The notes under the pieces were generated by a model. The model saw only the letters and a list, made by a program, of their open reading frames with translations. It was not told the DNA's origin and made no database searches. Made by a program: the position numbers and the translations under genes. From Candidatus Magasanikiibacteriota bacterium (lineage in GTDB: Bacteria > Patescibacteriota > Patescibacteriia > Magasanikbacterales > UBA922), in NCBI GenBank assembly GCA_014729395.1, contig WJJZ01000009.1, positions 1 through 37,403 of the forward strand: 37,403 nt of DNA, read 5' to 3'. Below, piece after piece: positions 8,531-17,046 of this stretch (positions are counted from its first letter, which is position 1; the number at the start of each line of letters is the position of its first letter).

Positions 8531-8585
8531 ATTGTGCAATTATTGTGTAATTATTGTATAATTACTGTATAACTATTGTAACCCT
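8531..8585. repeat. Right arm of the 11-bp-unit element, downstream of the four-helix-bundle gene
   Basis: ATTGTGCAATT ATTGTGTAATT ATTGTATAATT ACTGTATAACT ATTGTAACCCT, then ATG 8586. Confidence 0.9.
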
Positions 8586-9284
8586 ATGCATTCTCAAGAC
8601 GTAAAATATACCCTATTTATTTTTAGGGTAGTTTATTCCAAATTACCCCCTCTTGTGCCGGAGGAAATAAGAAAAGAATTAGGCCATGCTTTGGATCACT
8701 TAAAGAGTGATTATGATATTACTTTATCGGAGGCCGAAGAAACCTTGGTTGTGTTTGGTAAAAAAATATGGCCTTTTTGGAAGGCTTTTGAGGAAATGGT
8801 AAATATGCACAAGGGAGAACTGGGGGAAAAATTTTTTATATCAAAACTTCCTCCAAAGATAAAGAAAAAATATTCGGAATTTAAAGAACATGGCGGAGAA
8901 TTTAAGGATTTTGCCACAGGTTCGCCAATGTCATTTTTTGATGATAGTGATCGGCAGTTTTTGACTTCTGTCTTATTGGAAGTTGACAAGGATATTCGCT
9001 TACACACAAGACAGGAAGTTTTGGGTATAGATAAAGATAGGTACCAGGAATTAATCGTTGAATTTGGGGAGGTTTTGGATGGTATTGAGAAAAGACTTGA
9101 AACATTAAGGACAATGGCCGATAGTGAGCAAGAGCACCCACAGCTGGCAGACGAGATTAGAGCACAGATTAAAGCGTTTGAGCATGGGATTTGCTTTTTG
9201 GCACCAAAAATAAATTTGGATGACATTAATAATTCATATGAATTTTTTGTAGAAAGAAAGCAGGAAAAAATAACTCTAAGATAG
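8586..9284 (+). CDS. Hypothetical alpha-helical protein, paralog of 9291-9962
   Basis: Long ORF in operon orientation; shares FGKKIWP and EF.E.GG...DF motifs with the next ORF. Confidence 0.85.
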   Translation: MHSQDVKYTLFIFRVVYSKLPPLVPEEIRKELGHALDHLKSDYDITLSEAEETLVVFGKKIWPFWKAFEEMVNMHKGELGEKFFISKLPPKIKKKYSEFKEHGGEFKDFATGSPMSFFDDSDRQFLTSVLLEVDKDIRLHTRQEVLGIDKDRYQELIVEFGEVLDGIEKRLETLRTMADSEQEHPQLADEIRAQIKAFEHGICFLAPKINLDDINNSYEFFVERKQEKITLR

Positions 9285-9290
9285 TGAAAT

Positions 9291-9962
9291 ATGAAGGAAA
9301 ATATATTAAATTTATTTAAAATACTTATTAATAAAAAACCGGTTGGTGTTCCGACAGAATTGTTAGAAACAGCAAACAAAAAATATCAATATTTCTTGGA
9401 TAATGATGTTTCGGATTCTGAAATAGAAAAAGAGTTGGTTGAATTTGGAAAAAAAATTTGGCCTTATTTGCAAGCTGAACAAGAATTTGTAGATAAGTAC
9501 GGTAAAGAAAAGCATAAAGATTTATTTTTGGAAAAATTGAAGCCTGAATTGAGAAAAAAATGGGAGGAATTTACTGAGCAGGGTGGTGATATACATGATT
9601 TCAGAAAGGGTGACGACTTTGAAAAAAAATTTAATGCTGATGAAAATTATGAAATAGAACAAGCTATAATAAATACAAAGCAAGAAATCCTGCAATTTAT
9701 AGAAAAATTGGCAAAGACTGAAAAAAGTGAGGAATATTTTTCTATAGTTGAAGAATATAAAGAAAGAGAAGAAAAAATTTTAAAAAAGCTTGAAGAATTG
9801 AGACAATTAAAAGAGAGAGGTGACAAGTGGGATGATGAAATTGAAGATCTGATACATTTTTTTGAGAAAGGTTTTGCCGAGTTAGAAGAAAAACCAACAC
9901 TTGAAAAAGTCCAAGCAAAAATTGACTGGTATGAAGGACAGATAAATTCAGGTAATGCTTAA
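9291..9962 (+). CDS. Hypothetical alpha-helical protein, paralog of 8586-9284
   Basis: FGKKIWP, EFTEQGGDIHDF and DEI...FEKG motifs. Confidence 0.85.
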   Translation: MKENILNLFKILINKKPVGVPTELLETANKKYQYFLDNDVSDSEIEKELVEFGKKIWPYLQAEQEFVDKYGKEKHKDLFLEKLKPELRKKWEEFTEQGGDIHDFRKGDDFEKKFNADENYEIEQAIINTKQEILQFIEKLAKTEKSEEYFSIVEEYKEREEKILKKLEELRQLKERGDKWDDEIEDLIHFFEKGFAELEEKPTLEKVQAKIDWYEGQINSGNA

Positions 9963-9983
9963 ATTAATTATTAATGAGTAAAT

Positions 9984-10499
9984 ATGAAAAAAATTCTTTT
10001 TATTGTTGCTGGGCGTGGTTTTCGTCTGGTAGAATATGAGAAGCCAAAAGAAGTATTGGAAAATGCGGACATGAAAGTATATACCGGCAGCGATGTTGAG
10101 GGCGAGGCTGAGTCAGCTGAAAGTACAAAAGTGAAAGTTGATGTCACGTTAGAAGATATCAAAGCAAATGACTATGATGGGATTTTTTTGGTTGGTGGTC
10201 CGGGCGCGCTTGAGCATTTGGATAATCAAAAAGTTTACAATATAATGACACAGGCAGAGGAAGCGGGAAAATTTTATGGAGCGATTTGTATTTCACCTAG
10301 AATTTTAGCAAAGGCCGGTGTGCTTGAAAACAAAAAAGCTACAGGTTGGAATGGAGATAGAAAGTTGGAAGGTATTTTAAACGAATATGGGGCTAGTTAC
10401 AAGCACAAAGGTGTAGTGATTGACGGAAACTTGATAACAGGAAGCGGACCGGATGCGGCAATTCTGTTCGGGGAGACAATTGCAAAACAACTGAGTTAA
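9984..10499 (+). CDS. DJ-1/PfpI family protein
   Basis: YDGIFLVGGPGA, AIC nucleophile elbow and DGNLITGSGP. Confidence 0.92.
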   Translation: MKKILFIVAGRGFRLVEYEKPKEVLENADMKVYTGSDVEGEAESAESTKVKVDVTLEDIKANDYDGIFLVGGPGALEHLDNQKVYNIMTQAEEAGKFYGAICISPRILAKAGVLENKKATGWNGDRKLEGILNEYGASYKHKGVVIDGNLITGSGPDAAILFGETIAKQLS

Positions 10500-10525
10500 A
10501 AAATAGTCCGTTTGGACTATTTTTT
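10499..10525. terminator. Bidirectional terminator
   Basis: AAAAATAGTCC GTTT GGACTATTTTT between convergent genes. Confidence 0.75.
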
Positions 10526-11461
10526 CTTTGACTTTGATTTTTTGTTGTTAAGTCTTTTTGCTTTTTTAACACAGTATTTTATTATTTCTCCGGCTACATC
10601 TCGTCCTGTGGCCTTGGTTATACCTTCAAGTCCGGGGTTAGCATTTACTTCAAGAACTTTTGGCCCGGTTTTCGTTCTAAGGATATCAACCCCCGCTATA
10701 TCCAAGCCCAGAGCTGATACTGCTGCAAAAGCTACATCTTTTTCTTTTCTGGTCATCTCTGCGACTCTCACTCTTCCGCCCAAATGAAAATTGGATCTAA
10801 ATTCTCCTCTTTTTGTGGCAATTCTTTCCATTGCCCCGATAATTCTTTTACCTACAATGAACACTCTTATATCTTTACCTTTTGATTCTTTAACATATTC
10901 TTGGATCATTATAGGAAGAGATGATGATTGATCGGTTAACATACCAACAATAGAATTAAGCCCTCGCCTTGACTCAACTATGGATACCCCCGATCCATGT
11001 GAACCAAAAACAGTTTTCAGAATAACCGGGAAAGAACCAATTTTTTCAGCCATTTCGTCAAGATAATCGGTTGATCTTAATATATATGTTTTCGGAATAG
11101 GAACTTTATGCTTATTGAGTGTTTGCAAGGTTCGAAGTTTATTTTTCGCTTTTAACACAGGTAAATATTTGTTGATGATTGGAGTTTTTATCAATTCAAA
11201 CTGTTTTATTAAACCACTTCTGTATTCCATATAGCTGGAAAGAAAATTTGCTCGAACCAGTAAAATTTTTATGTCTTTCGGTCTTTTATTTCTAATCAAT
11301 AATTGAGGTTTATTAAAAAATTTCATGAAACATTCTTTTTCATATATTATTTCAGCTTCATGACCCAAGTTTTCTGCAGCTTCTTTTAGTAATTCCAGAT
11401 TTTTTTTTGTTACGGGCGTTATAAAATTTCGTGAAGAAAATGTTAATATGTGTATTTTCAT
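10517..11461 (-). CDS. rimK: RimK-family ATP-grasp alpha-L-glutamate ligase
   Basis: GSHGSGV, QEYVKESKGKDIRVFIVG, EFRSNFHLGG, AGVDILR and LEVNANPGLEGI motifs. Confidence 0.88.
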   Translation of the reverse strand: MKIHILTFSSRNFITPVTKKNLELLKEAAENLGHEAEIIYEKECFMKFFNKPQLLIRNKRPKDIKILLVRANFLSSYMEYRSGLIKQFELIKTPIINKYLPVLKAKNKLRTLQTLNKHKVPIPKTYILRSTDYLDEMAEKIGSFPVILKTVFGSHGSGVSIVESRRGLNSIVGMLTDQSSSLPIMIQEYVKESKGKDIRVFIVGKRIIGAMERIATKRGEFRSNFHLGGRVRVAEMTRKEKDVAFAAVSALGLDIAGVDILRTKTGPKVLEVNANPGLEGITKATGRDVAGEIIKYCVKKAKRLNNKKSKSKKK

Positions 11462-12192
11462 AAGAATGATTCTGTTAATGATTTTTTTATTATTTCCACT
11501 GTGTTATCAATCTGTTTATTATTTTTTCTTAATAGATGACTAATTTCCATCTGAACAGCGTAATCATCTCTTTGTTCGTGTTTATGGAATTGAATGGCCG
11601 AGGTTTTACTCCACCCCGAGTAGTGTTTTCCTATGCTTATTTTAGAGGGGTTTTCTTTGACCATGTTTTTACTTAGATTTTTCTTTAATTTTTTTAGAAG
11701 GGAAATCCGCATTGTAATTTTTCCATTATTCTTATGGATAAAATTATAAGCTTTGGCACCATATATAAAATCAGTATATATATTTTTTTTTGCACCGACA
11801 CCAAGATCAATAGCGATTGTATCTGAAACAAATCCATGAATATAAATGCCAAGTGCTTTTTTAAAAGGGCTTTTTTGTCTCGCTAAGTCGCAGTATTCAG
11901 ATATATCATCAAAAAAAGTTTTCATTTCCTTTTTTTTTCGTCCCCACAAATATTTTTTTTTCGTATATGACCAACTTAGTTTGTTAAAATCTTCTATTTT
12001 TTTATTTTTCTTAGTATTGGATTTCTTGCAAAATTTATTATTTAACACAAGGTAGGCATCCATTTGTCTTGACAATCTGGAAGCAATGACACCTGTTTTT
12101 AAGTCATCACCGGCTCCATGAGGTGCAATAATGACAAAGGGTAGGCGGCCTTTTCTTTTTTTACCATATGCTGTTTTTTGAATTTTTTCCAT
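11458..12192 (-). CDS. Hypothetical protein; putative Zn-dependent amidohydrolase (poly-glutamate hydrolase / N-formylglutamate amidohydrolase-like)
   Basis: IIAPHGAGDD, IYIHGF and VQMEIS motifs; 4-bp overlap with rimK. Confidence 0.55.
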   Translation of the reverse strand: MEKIQKTAYGKKRKGRLPFVIIAPHGAGDDLKTGVIASRLSRQMDAYLVLNNKFCKKSNTKKNKKIEDFNKLSWSYTKKKYLWGRKKKEMKTFFDDISEYCDLARQKSPFKKALGIYIHGFVSDTIAIDLGVGAKKNIYTDFIYGAKAYNFIHKNNGKITMRISLLKKLKKNLSKNMVKENPSKISIGKHYSGWSKTSAIQFHKHEQRDDYAVQMEISHLLRKNNKQIDNTVEIIKKSLTESFL

Positions 12193-12236
12193 ATTTTCAT
12201 TTCAGTGCAACTATATAGTCATTTTTTACGTTGATA

Positions 12237-12265
12237 ATTTTATAAAAGAACTAACGGTTTGTCAA
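12237..12265 (-). promoter_or_regulatory. Promoter for the hydrolase-rimK pair
   Basis: TTGACA-17bp-TAAAAT on the minus strand. Confidence 0.7.
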
Positions 12266-12271
12266 TCCGGC

Positions 12272-13216
12272 TTAAAGTTTTTTGATTTGTTTTTGAATAC
12301 CGTTTTTTGACAATAGACCTTTTTGCGCACCAAATTCAGTAATTACTCCACTGGCATTAGCAGTGCCCCATTTCATCGCTTCCGGTATACTTTTGCCGTA
12401 TACAATGGCTGATAAGAAACCACTGGCATAAGCGTCTCCGGCACCGGTTTTGGCTTTGGCTTTTTCTTTCGAAGCCGGAGTAAAAAAGATTTCATTTTCG
12501 TGAGAAGAATAAGAGCCCTTGGTACCATCGGTTATCACAGCAGTCTTAACTCCTTTTTTGTGTAAATATGGAAACAATTTTTTTATTTTTTCGTCTTTTC
12601 CCGTTATTTTTTTAGCTTCTTGTTTGTTTACAAATAATAAATCTGTTTGCTTTAGAATTTTCTTTATTTCTGTCATGGAATTTTTCATCTGGTATGAACC
12701 GGGATTAAAGGCTAATTTAATTTCTTTGTTTTTTTCCAAGAAATTTAGCAATTTTGGAACTATTTTTTCATAATTTTTACTCATTGAAGTAAAATATATC
12801 CATTTACATTTAGGTATTTTTGGTAAAGTGTAATTTCTCTCCGCATGATAAGATAATATGGTTCTTTCACCTCTATAATTTAGTACAATTGAATATCGGG
12901 TCTCTTTGTTTTTAAGGTTTTTTGTCAGATCTGTGTTGACTTTCATTTTTCTCAATTCTTTTTTTACATAATCTCCATTAACATCAGAACCAAGTTCTGT
13001 GATTAGGGCTGTTTTTAGGCCTAATTTTTTACAACCGACAGCAATATTAGCCGCATTACCGCCTATTGAAAGATCACTTTTTGAGATCGGTATTTTATCA
13101 GCGTAATTTATACAAAGTTGGCATTGGCTTTTTTTCAGATCACAATTTACACTGGCTTTGTCAATAACAATAATAGTGTCAACCGTGGTGTCGCCGATTG
13201 AAATTATATCAAACAT
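12272..13216 (-). CDS. PfkB/ribokinase-family carbohydrate kinase
   Basis: GGNAANIAVG, FNPG, VNKQEA, ITDG and TGAGDAYASGF motifs. Confidence 0.92.
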   Translation of the reverse strand: MFDIISIGDTTVDTIIVIDKASVNCDLKKSQCQLCINYADKIPISKSDLSIGGNAANIAVGCKKLGLKTALITELGSDVNGDYVKKELRKMKVNTDLTKNLKNKETRYSIVLNYRGERTILSYHAERNYTLPKIPKCKWIYFTSMSKNYEKIVPKLLNFLEKNKEIKLAFNPGSYQMKNSMTEIKKILKQTDLLFVNKQEAKKITGKDEKIKKLFPYLHKKGVKTAVITDGTKGSYSSHENEIFFTPASKEKAKAKTGAGDAYASGFLSAIVYGKSIPEAMKWGTANASGVITEFGAQKGLLSKNGIQKQIKKL

Positions 13217-13286
13217 ATTTTTTATTTAGAATGCAGGCTAAGTATAGCATAAAATTGATAATTCAGATATGAATATATACGCATTA

Positions 13287-14249
13287 TTATTCCCACTTAT
13301 TGATATATTCTATAGCAGACAAAGCGGCCGTAACTCCATGTCCGGTGGCAATCGCTATCTGTTTATAAGGAATGTTGGTTACATCACCGGCGGCAAATAT
13401 TCCGTTACAGCTGGTGCGGCATTTTATATCTACTTCAATTTCTTTATAATTATTTTTTTGTGCACAATCTACAAAGTCAGAATTGGGAATCATACCAATA
13501 TGCACCATTACGCCGTCTACATCAAGACTTTTTTCTTCATTCGTTTCCATATCATCATATTTTATACCTTCAACTTTATTGTCTCCCATAATTTTTTTGG
13601 TATCGGCGCTATATATTATCTCTACGTTATCCAATTTTTTAACTTTGTCGATTAAAATATTTTCTCCTTTTGGAAAACCACCGTTTTTTTCTTCGCTATC
13701 AGGGTATTTGGTCACAAGATAGGTTTTTTTAGCTATTTTTGACAACATCAGAGCTGATTCAAGAGCGGCATTGCCTGCTCCTATGGTGGCGGTTACTTTA
13801 CCCTTAAATAATGGGCCATCACAAACTGTGCAATATGTGACTCCTTTGCCTTTTAATTCATCTTCACCGGGTATTTCCAGATGGCGGGGATGGATACCAC
13901 TGGCAATAATTACCGAAGTGGTTTTGTATTCTTTTTCTTCGTTTGAGTTATTTTTAGCCTGAACAATATGATAATTTTTTTCTTGCTTAATCTTATAAAC
14001 TTCAAATCCTTCTTCAATATTTACACCATAGTGCTCAACATGTTTTTTAAAATTTTTGGACAATTCGACACCATTGGTTTCTATTATTCCCGGCCAATTT
14101 CTGATTTCTCCGGATAAAGCCACTTCTCCGCCGATATCCTTTGAAACAATTAAAAAGTCTAAATTTCTGCGAGCTGCGTAAATAGCAGCTGCACTTCCCG
14201 CTGCTGCAGCACCGATAATTATTAAGTCGTATATTTTGTCATCATTCAT
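13287..14249 (-). CDS. trxB: Thioredoxin-disulfide reductase
   Basis: N-terminal FAD motif; GKGVTYCTVCDG, IGAGNAALE and GIFAAGDV. Confidence 0.88.
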   Translation of the reverse strand: MNDDKIYDLIIIGAAAAGSAAAIYAARRNLDFLIVSKDIGGEVALSGEIRNWPGIIETNGVELSKNFKKHVEHYGVNIEEGFEVYKIKQEKNYHIVQAKNNSNEEKEYKTTSVIIASGIHPRHLEIPGEDELKGKGVTYCTVCDGPLFKGKVTATIGAGNAALESALMLSKIAKKTYLVTKYPDSEEKNGGFPKGENILIDKVKKLDNVEIIYSADTKKIMGDNKVEGIKYDDMETNEEKSLDVDGVMVHIGMIPNSDFVDCAQKNNYKEIEVDIKCRTSCNGIFAAGDVTNIPYKQIAIATGHGVTAALSAIEYINKWE

Positions 14250-14273
14250 ATTTTTTTATTTAGTCGCAAATTT

Positions 14274-14957
14274 TTACATTAAAGTTAAAGAAGCGATCCT
14301 TTTTTCAATAAGACTATAATTTTCTTGAGGACTGGCCTTGTCATTAAAGATGGCACTGCCCAGACAAATTATATTGGCCCCGGCTTTTATAACCTCATCA
14401 ATGTTGTGATTGTTAACACCACCGTCAACTTCAATATTCAGGGTCGGGTGCATTTGCCTGATTTTTCTAATTTTTTCTAATATATTTTTATTGAATTTTT
14501 GTCCTGATTTGCCGGGATCAACTCCGAGAAGCATAATATATGAAGGTTTTGGTTCTATTTGTTCAAAAAAACCAACGCCTGTTTCAGGCTTAACGGCAAA
14601 ACCTATTTCAATTTTATTATCAAAAATTTTTGTAATATCATTTGCAGTTTTTTCCAGACCGCAACGCTCGTCTCCACAAAGCAATTCTACGTGAAGGATT
14701 GTTCTTGTTATATTTTTAATATTTTTCCATCGTTTAAGTTCGTCTATTGGGTTGTTTGCCATCACATGAAGTTCATAGTCCAATTCGGTTTCAATAAGGG
14801 CGATCTCTATCGGATCGTGCCAATTTTTCCAATTTGTGAATTTACCATCCGCAATATCAATTTGAACCGTGTCAGTAAAACCTTCTACAGCGCGAAGGTT
14901 TTTTATGTATTCTTCTTTTGTTTTTACGTTAAGAGTGGGAATAATTTTTGTTTGCAT
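14274..14957 (-). CDS. rpe: Ribulose-phosphate 3-epimerase
   Basis: IDIADGKF, ELHVM, VDPGKSGQKF, EVDGGV and GSAIF motifs. Confidence 0.9.
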   Translation of the reverse strand: MQTKIIPTLNVKTKEEYIKNLRAVEGFTDTVQIDIADGKFTNWKNWHDPIEIALIETELDYELHVMANNPIDELKRWKNIKNITRTILHVELLCGDERCGLEKTANDITKIFDNKIEIGFAVKPETGVGFFEQIEPKPSYIMLLGVDPGKSGQKFNKNILEKIRKIRQMHPTLNIEVDGGVNNHNIDEVIKAGANIICLGSAIFNDKASPQENYSLIEKRIASLTLM

Positions 14958-14970
14958 ATTTTTTTGGACT

Positions 14971-15050
14971 AAAAATTGGAGACTGGAGATTGGTGATTAG
15001 ATAAACAAAGAAATTGACTTACCAACCTCTAATCACTAGTCTCTAATTTT
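14971..15050. repeat. Inverted heptamer array (TRGAGAY type)
   Basis: TGGAGAC TGGAGAT TGGTGAT TAGATAA is inverted to ACCTCTA ATCACTA GTCTCTA; overlaps the rpiB stop. Confidence 0.8.
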
Positions 15051-15487
15051 TCAATTTTTTTCAGTCTCCGCACATGCCTTTCCTTCTCGCTGAATTCAGT
15101 TTCCAGCCATTTTTTAACAATAGCCATAGAATGTTCTTCAGAAGTGAGTTTAGCTGCCAAGCATAGGATATTAGTTTTGTCATCAGTCATCATGGTTTCG
15201 GCAGCCATCATATTATAACCTATTCCGGCTCTGACACCCTTTACTTTATTTGCGGCTACACAAACTCCTATGCCATTTTTACATATTAAAATTCCTCTTG
15301 AGTCTTCTTCTGCTACTTTTTTTGCCAAGGGAATGGCATAATCGGGGTAGTCATCACCCTCATTATATTTGTAGGGACCCATATCTTCCACTTCAAAATC
15401 GAGCTCATTTTGAAGATAGCGAATTAAGCGTTTTTTTAATTGATACCCTCCGTGGTCAGAGGCGATATATAGGGATCCTTTGTACAT
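15029..15487 (-). CDS. rpiB: Ribose-5-phosphate isomerase B
   Basis: IASDHGG, DDYPD, GILICKNGIG, ANKVKGVRA and RHVRR motifs. Confidence 0.92.
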   Translation of the reverse strand: MYKGSLYIASDHGGYQLKKRLIRYLQNELDFEVEDMGPYKYNEGDDYPDYAIPLAKKVAEEDSRGILICKNGIGVCVAANKVKGVRAGIGYNMMAAETMMTDDKTNILCLAAKLTSEEHSMAIVKKWLETEFSEKERHVRRLKKIEKLETSD

Positions 15488-15511
15488 ATATTACAGATAT
15501 AATGTGTTTGG

Positions 15512-15540
15512 ATTATAGCATTTTAGGCTCCCAATTTCAA
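15512..15540 (-). promoter_or_regulatory. Promoter for rpiB-rpe-trxB
   Basis: TTGAAA-17bp-TATAAT with extended TG on the minus strand. Confidence 0.75.
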
Positions 15541-15619
15541 GGGTTTTTTGTTGTTTTTTCTTTTTTTATGTAAACTAATTAGTAGCGTAGCTGGCAATTA
15601 AAAACAAGGAGGTGCAGGT

Positions 15620-16228
15620 ATGAATCGTCAGCGTTTGAGGAAAATCGCAAAAAAATATGAAAAAAAAGATGTTCTTTACAAAGCGGAAGAAATTGAAAGA
15701 AGAGTGAGGAAGGTTAGTCACATCATTGCCAAAGCTCATCGAGGGACAAAAGATTTGGTTTTGGTTGGTGTTCTAAATGGAGCGGCGATATTCACAAGAG
15801 ATTTGTTATTTTTTCTACACGAGTTCGGAATGAGTCCTCAGTTGGGATTTATAGGTATGTCTCTGTTTGATGATAGTAATAAGAGAAGGTTGGATGGTCC
15901 GAGAATCACCAGCCCTTTGTCAATTGATGTAACAGAAAAAACAGTGATGGTGGCCGAAGATGTAATTGAAACCGGTGACACGATGAGACTTTTGATAAAA
16001 CATTTAAAAAGTCTTGGTGTCCGGAAGGTTGAAATCGTGACTGTTATGGCTAACTACGGATTTAAACCAAATAAATTTGGTCTACCCAAAACTCATATTT
16101 GTTTTAGAAAAATTCCCGAACATTTTATTGCCGGATACGGTATGGATAACAAGGGAATGGATAGAGGTTATCCGCACATATATAGGGTTTATGCCAAAGG
16201 GCAACCCCGTCCGGTAGGACAATTCTAG
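15620..16228 (+). CDS. Divergent hypoxanthine phosphoribosyltransferase-like PRTase
   Basis: VGVLNGA, VMVAEDVIETGDT and FIAGYGMD motifs; SD AAGGAGGT. Confidence 0.82.
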   Translation: MNRQRLRKIAKKYEKKDVLYKAEEIERRVRKVSHIIAKAHRGTKDLVLVGVLNGAAIFTRDLLFFLHEFGMSPQLGFIGMSLFDDSNKRRLDGPRITSPLSIDVTEKTVMVAEDVIETGDTMRLLIKHLKSLGVRKVEIVTVMANYGFKPNKFGLPKTHICFRKIPEHFIAGYGMDNKGMDRGYPHIYRVYAKGQPRPVGQF

Positions 16229-16236
16229 CTCGCTAT

Positions 16237-16274
16237 ACCCCATTGTAAAATATTTTTTGGCAATGGGGTTTTTT
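16237..16274 (+). terminator. Intrinsic terminator
   Basis: ACCCCATTG...CAATGGGGT followed by a T-run. Confidence 0.75.
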
Positions 16275-16429
16275 ATTGACAAATGTTAATAATTATTATA
16301 CTAGTCTGTGTTTCATACTAAGACTCATAATATCATACACCAACTCAAACAGCGTTGGTTTTTTTTAATTTCATTTTCATGTATACTTATGCACATAAGT
16401 TCTTTATTTAAACCTGTAGGAGGTGCATC

Positions 16430-16960
16430 ATGTCCGATTACAAGATCAAAAAATTGATTTCCGGTGATGAGATTCAAATTCGTGCCAAGGAAATGGGGCG
16501 GAAGATTGCCGGGGATTTTGAGGGTAGACCAATTCATGTAGTGGTTGTCCAGTTGGGTGCTTGGATGTTTGGGGCTGATCTGATAAAAAATATTCCGACA
16601 AACCAGTTAACTTTAGACAGTATCCAACTTTCCAGCTATAAGGGCGATACGGAAAGTTGTGGACTGGTGACGGTTGTGCGCGATCTGGTTCGTCGTGTCA
16701 AGGGACAGGACGTTTTGGTAGTGGAGGATATTGTTGACACCGGCCGCACTATTTCTGAGTTGCAGAAGAATTTAAAGCGTCGAGGGGCAGCCTCAGTTCA
16801 AGTGGCTACCATGCTCAACAAGCAAGATGGCCGCGAGATTGACTTTGAACCTGATTATGTTGGTTTTGAGATCCAGGATTGTTTTGTTATCGGGTATGGT
16901 CTTGACTACCAAGAAAGATTTCGTAATTTGCCATATGTGGCAGAAATGGTTTTCTGTTGA
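16430..16960 (+). CDS. hpt: Hypoxanthine phosphoribosyltransferase
   Basis: LSSY loop, VLVVEDIVDTGRT and FVIGYGLDY..RFRNLP motifs; SD AGGAGGT. Confidence 0.92.
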   Translation: MSDYKIKKLISGDEIQIRAKEMGRKIAGDFEGRPIHVVVVQLGAWMFGADLIKNIPTNQLTLDSIQLSSYKGDTESCGLVTVVRDLVRRVKGQDVLVVEDIVDTGRTISELQKNLKRRGAASVQVATMLNKQDGREIDFEPDYVGFEIQDCFVIGYGLDYQERFRNLPYVAEMVFC

Positions 16961-16974
16961 TTAGTAAAGGTTTA

Positions 16975-16999
16975 GCCCTGCATTATTGTGGGGTTTTTT
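16975..16999 (+). terminator. Intrinsic terminator
   Basis: GCCCTGCA TTAT TGTGGGGT followed by a T-run. Confidence 0.65.
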
Positions 17000-17000
17000 G

Positions 17001-17029
17001 TTGACAAAATTATTGTTTTTGCCTAAAAT
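17001..17029 (+). promoter_or_regulatory. Sigma70 promoter of the ileS leader
   Basis: TTGACA-17bp-TAAAAT. Confidence 0.75.
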
Positions 17030-17046
17030 AACCATATAATCATAAA

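Noticed and set aside
8711-9379. 222-aa antisense ORF and similar shadows (597-968, 3271-3639, 17420-17854, 25676-25990 and others)
   Set aside because: They lie opposite well-supported genes and have the Ser/Phe/Ile-rich composition expected from the antisense of Lys/Glu-rich coding DNA.
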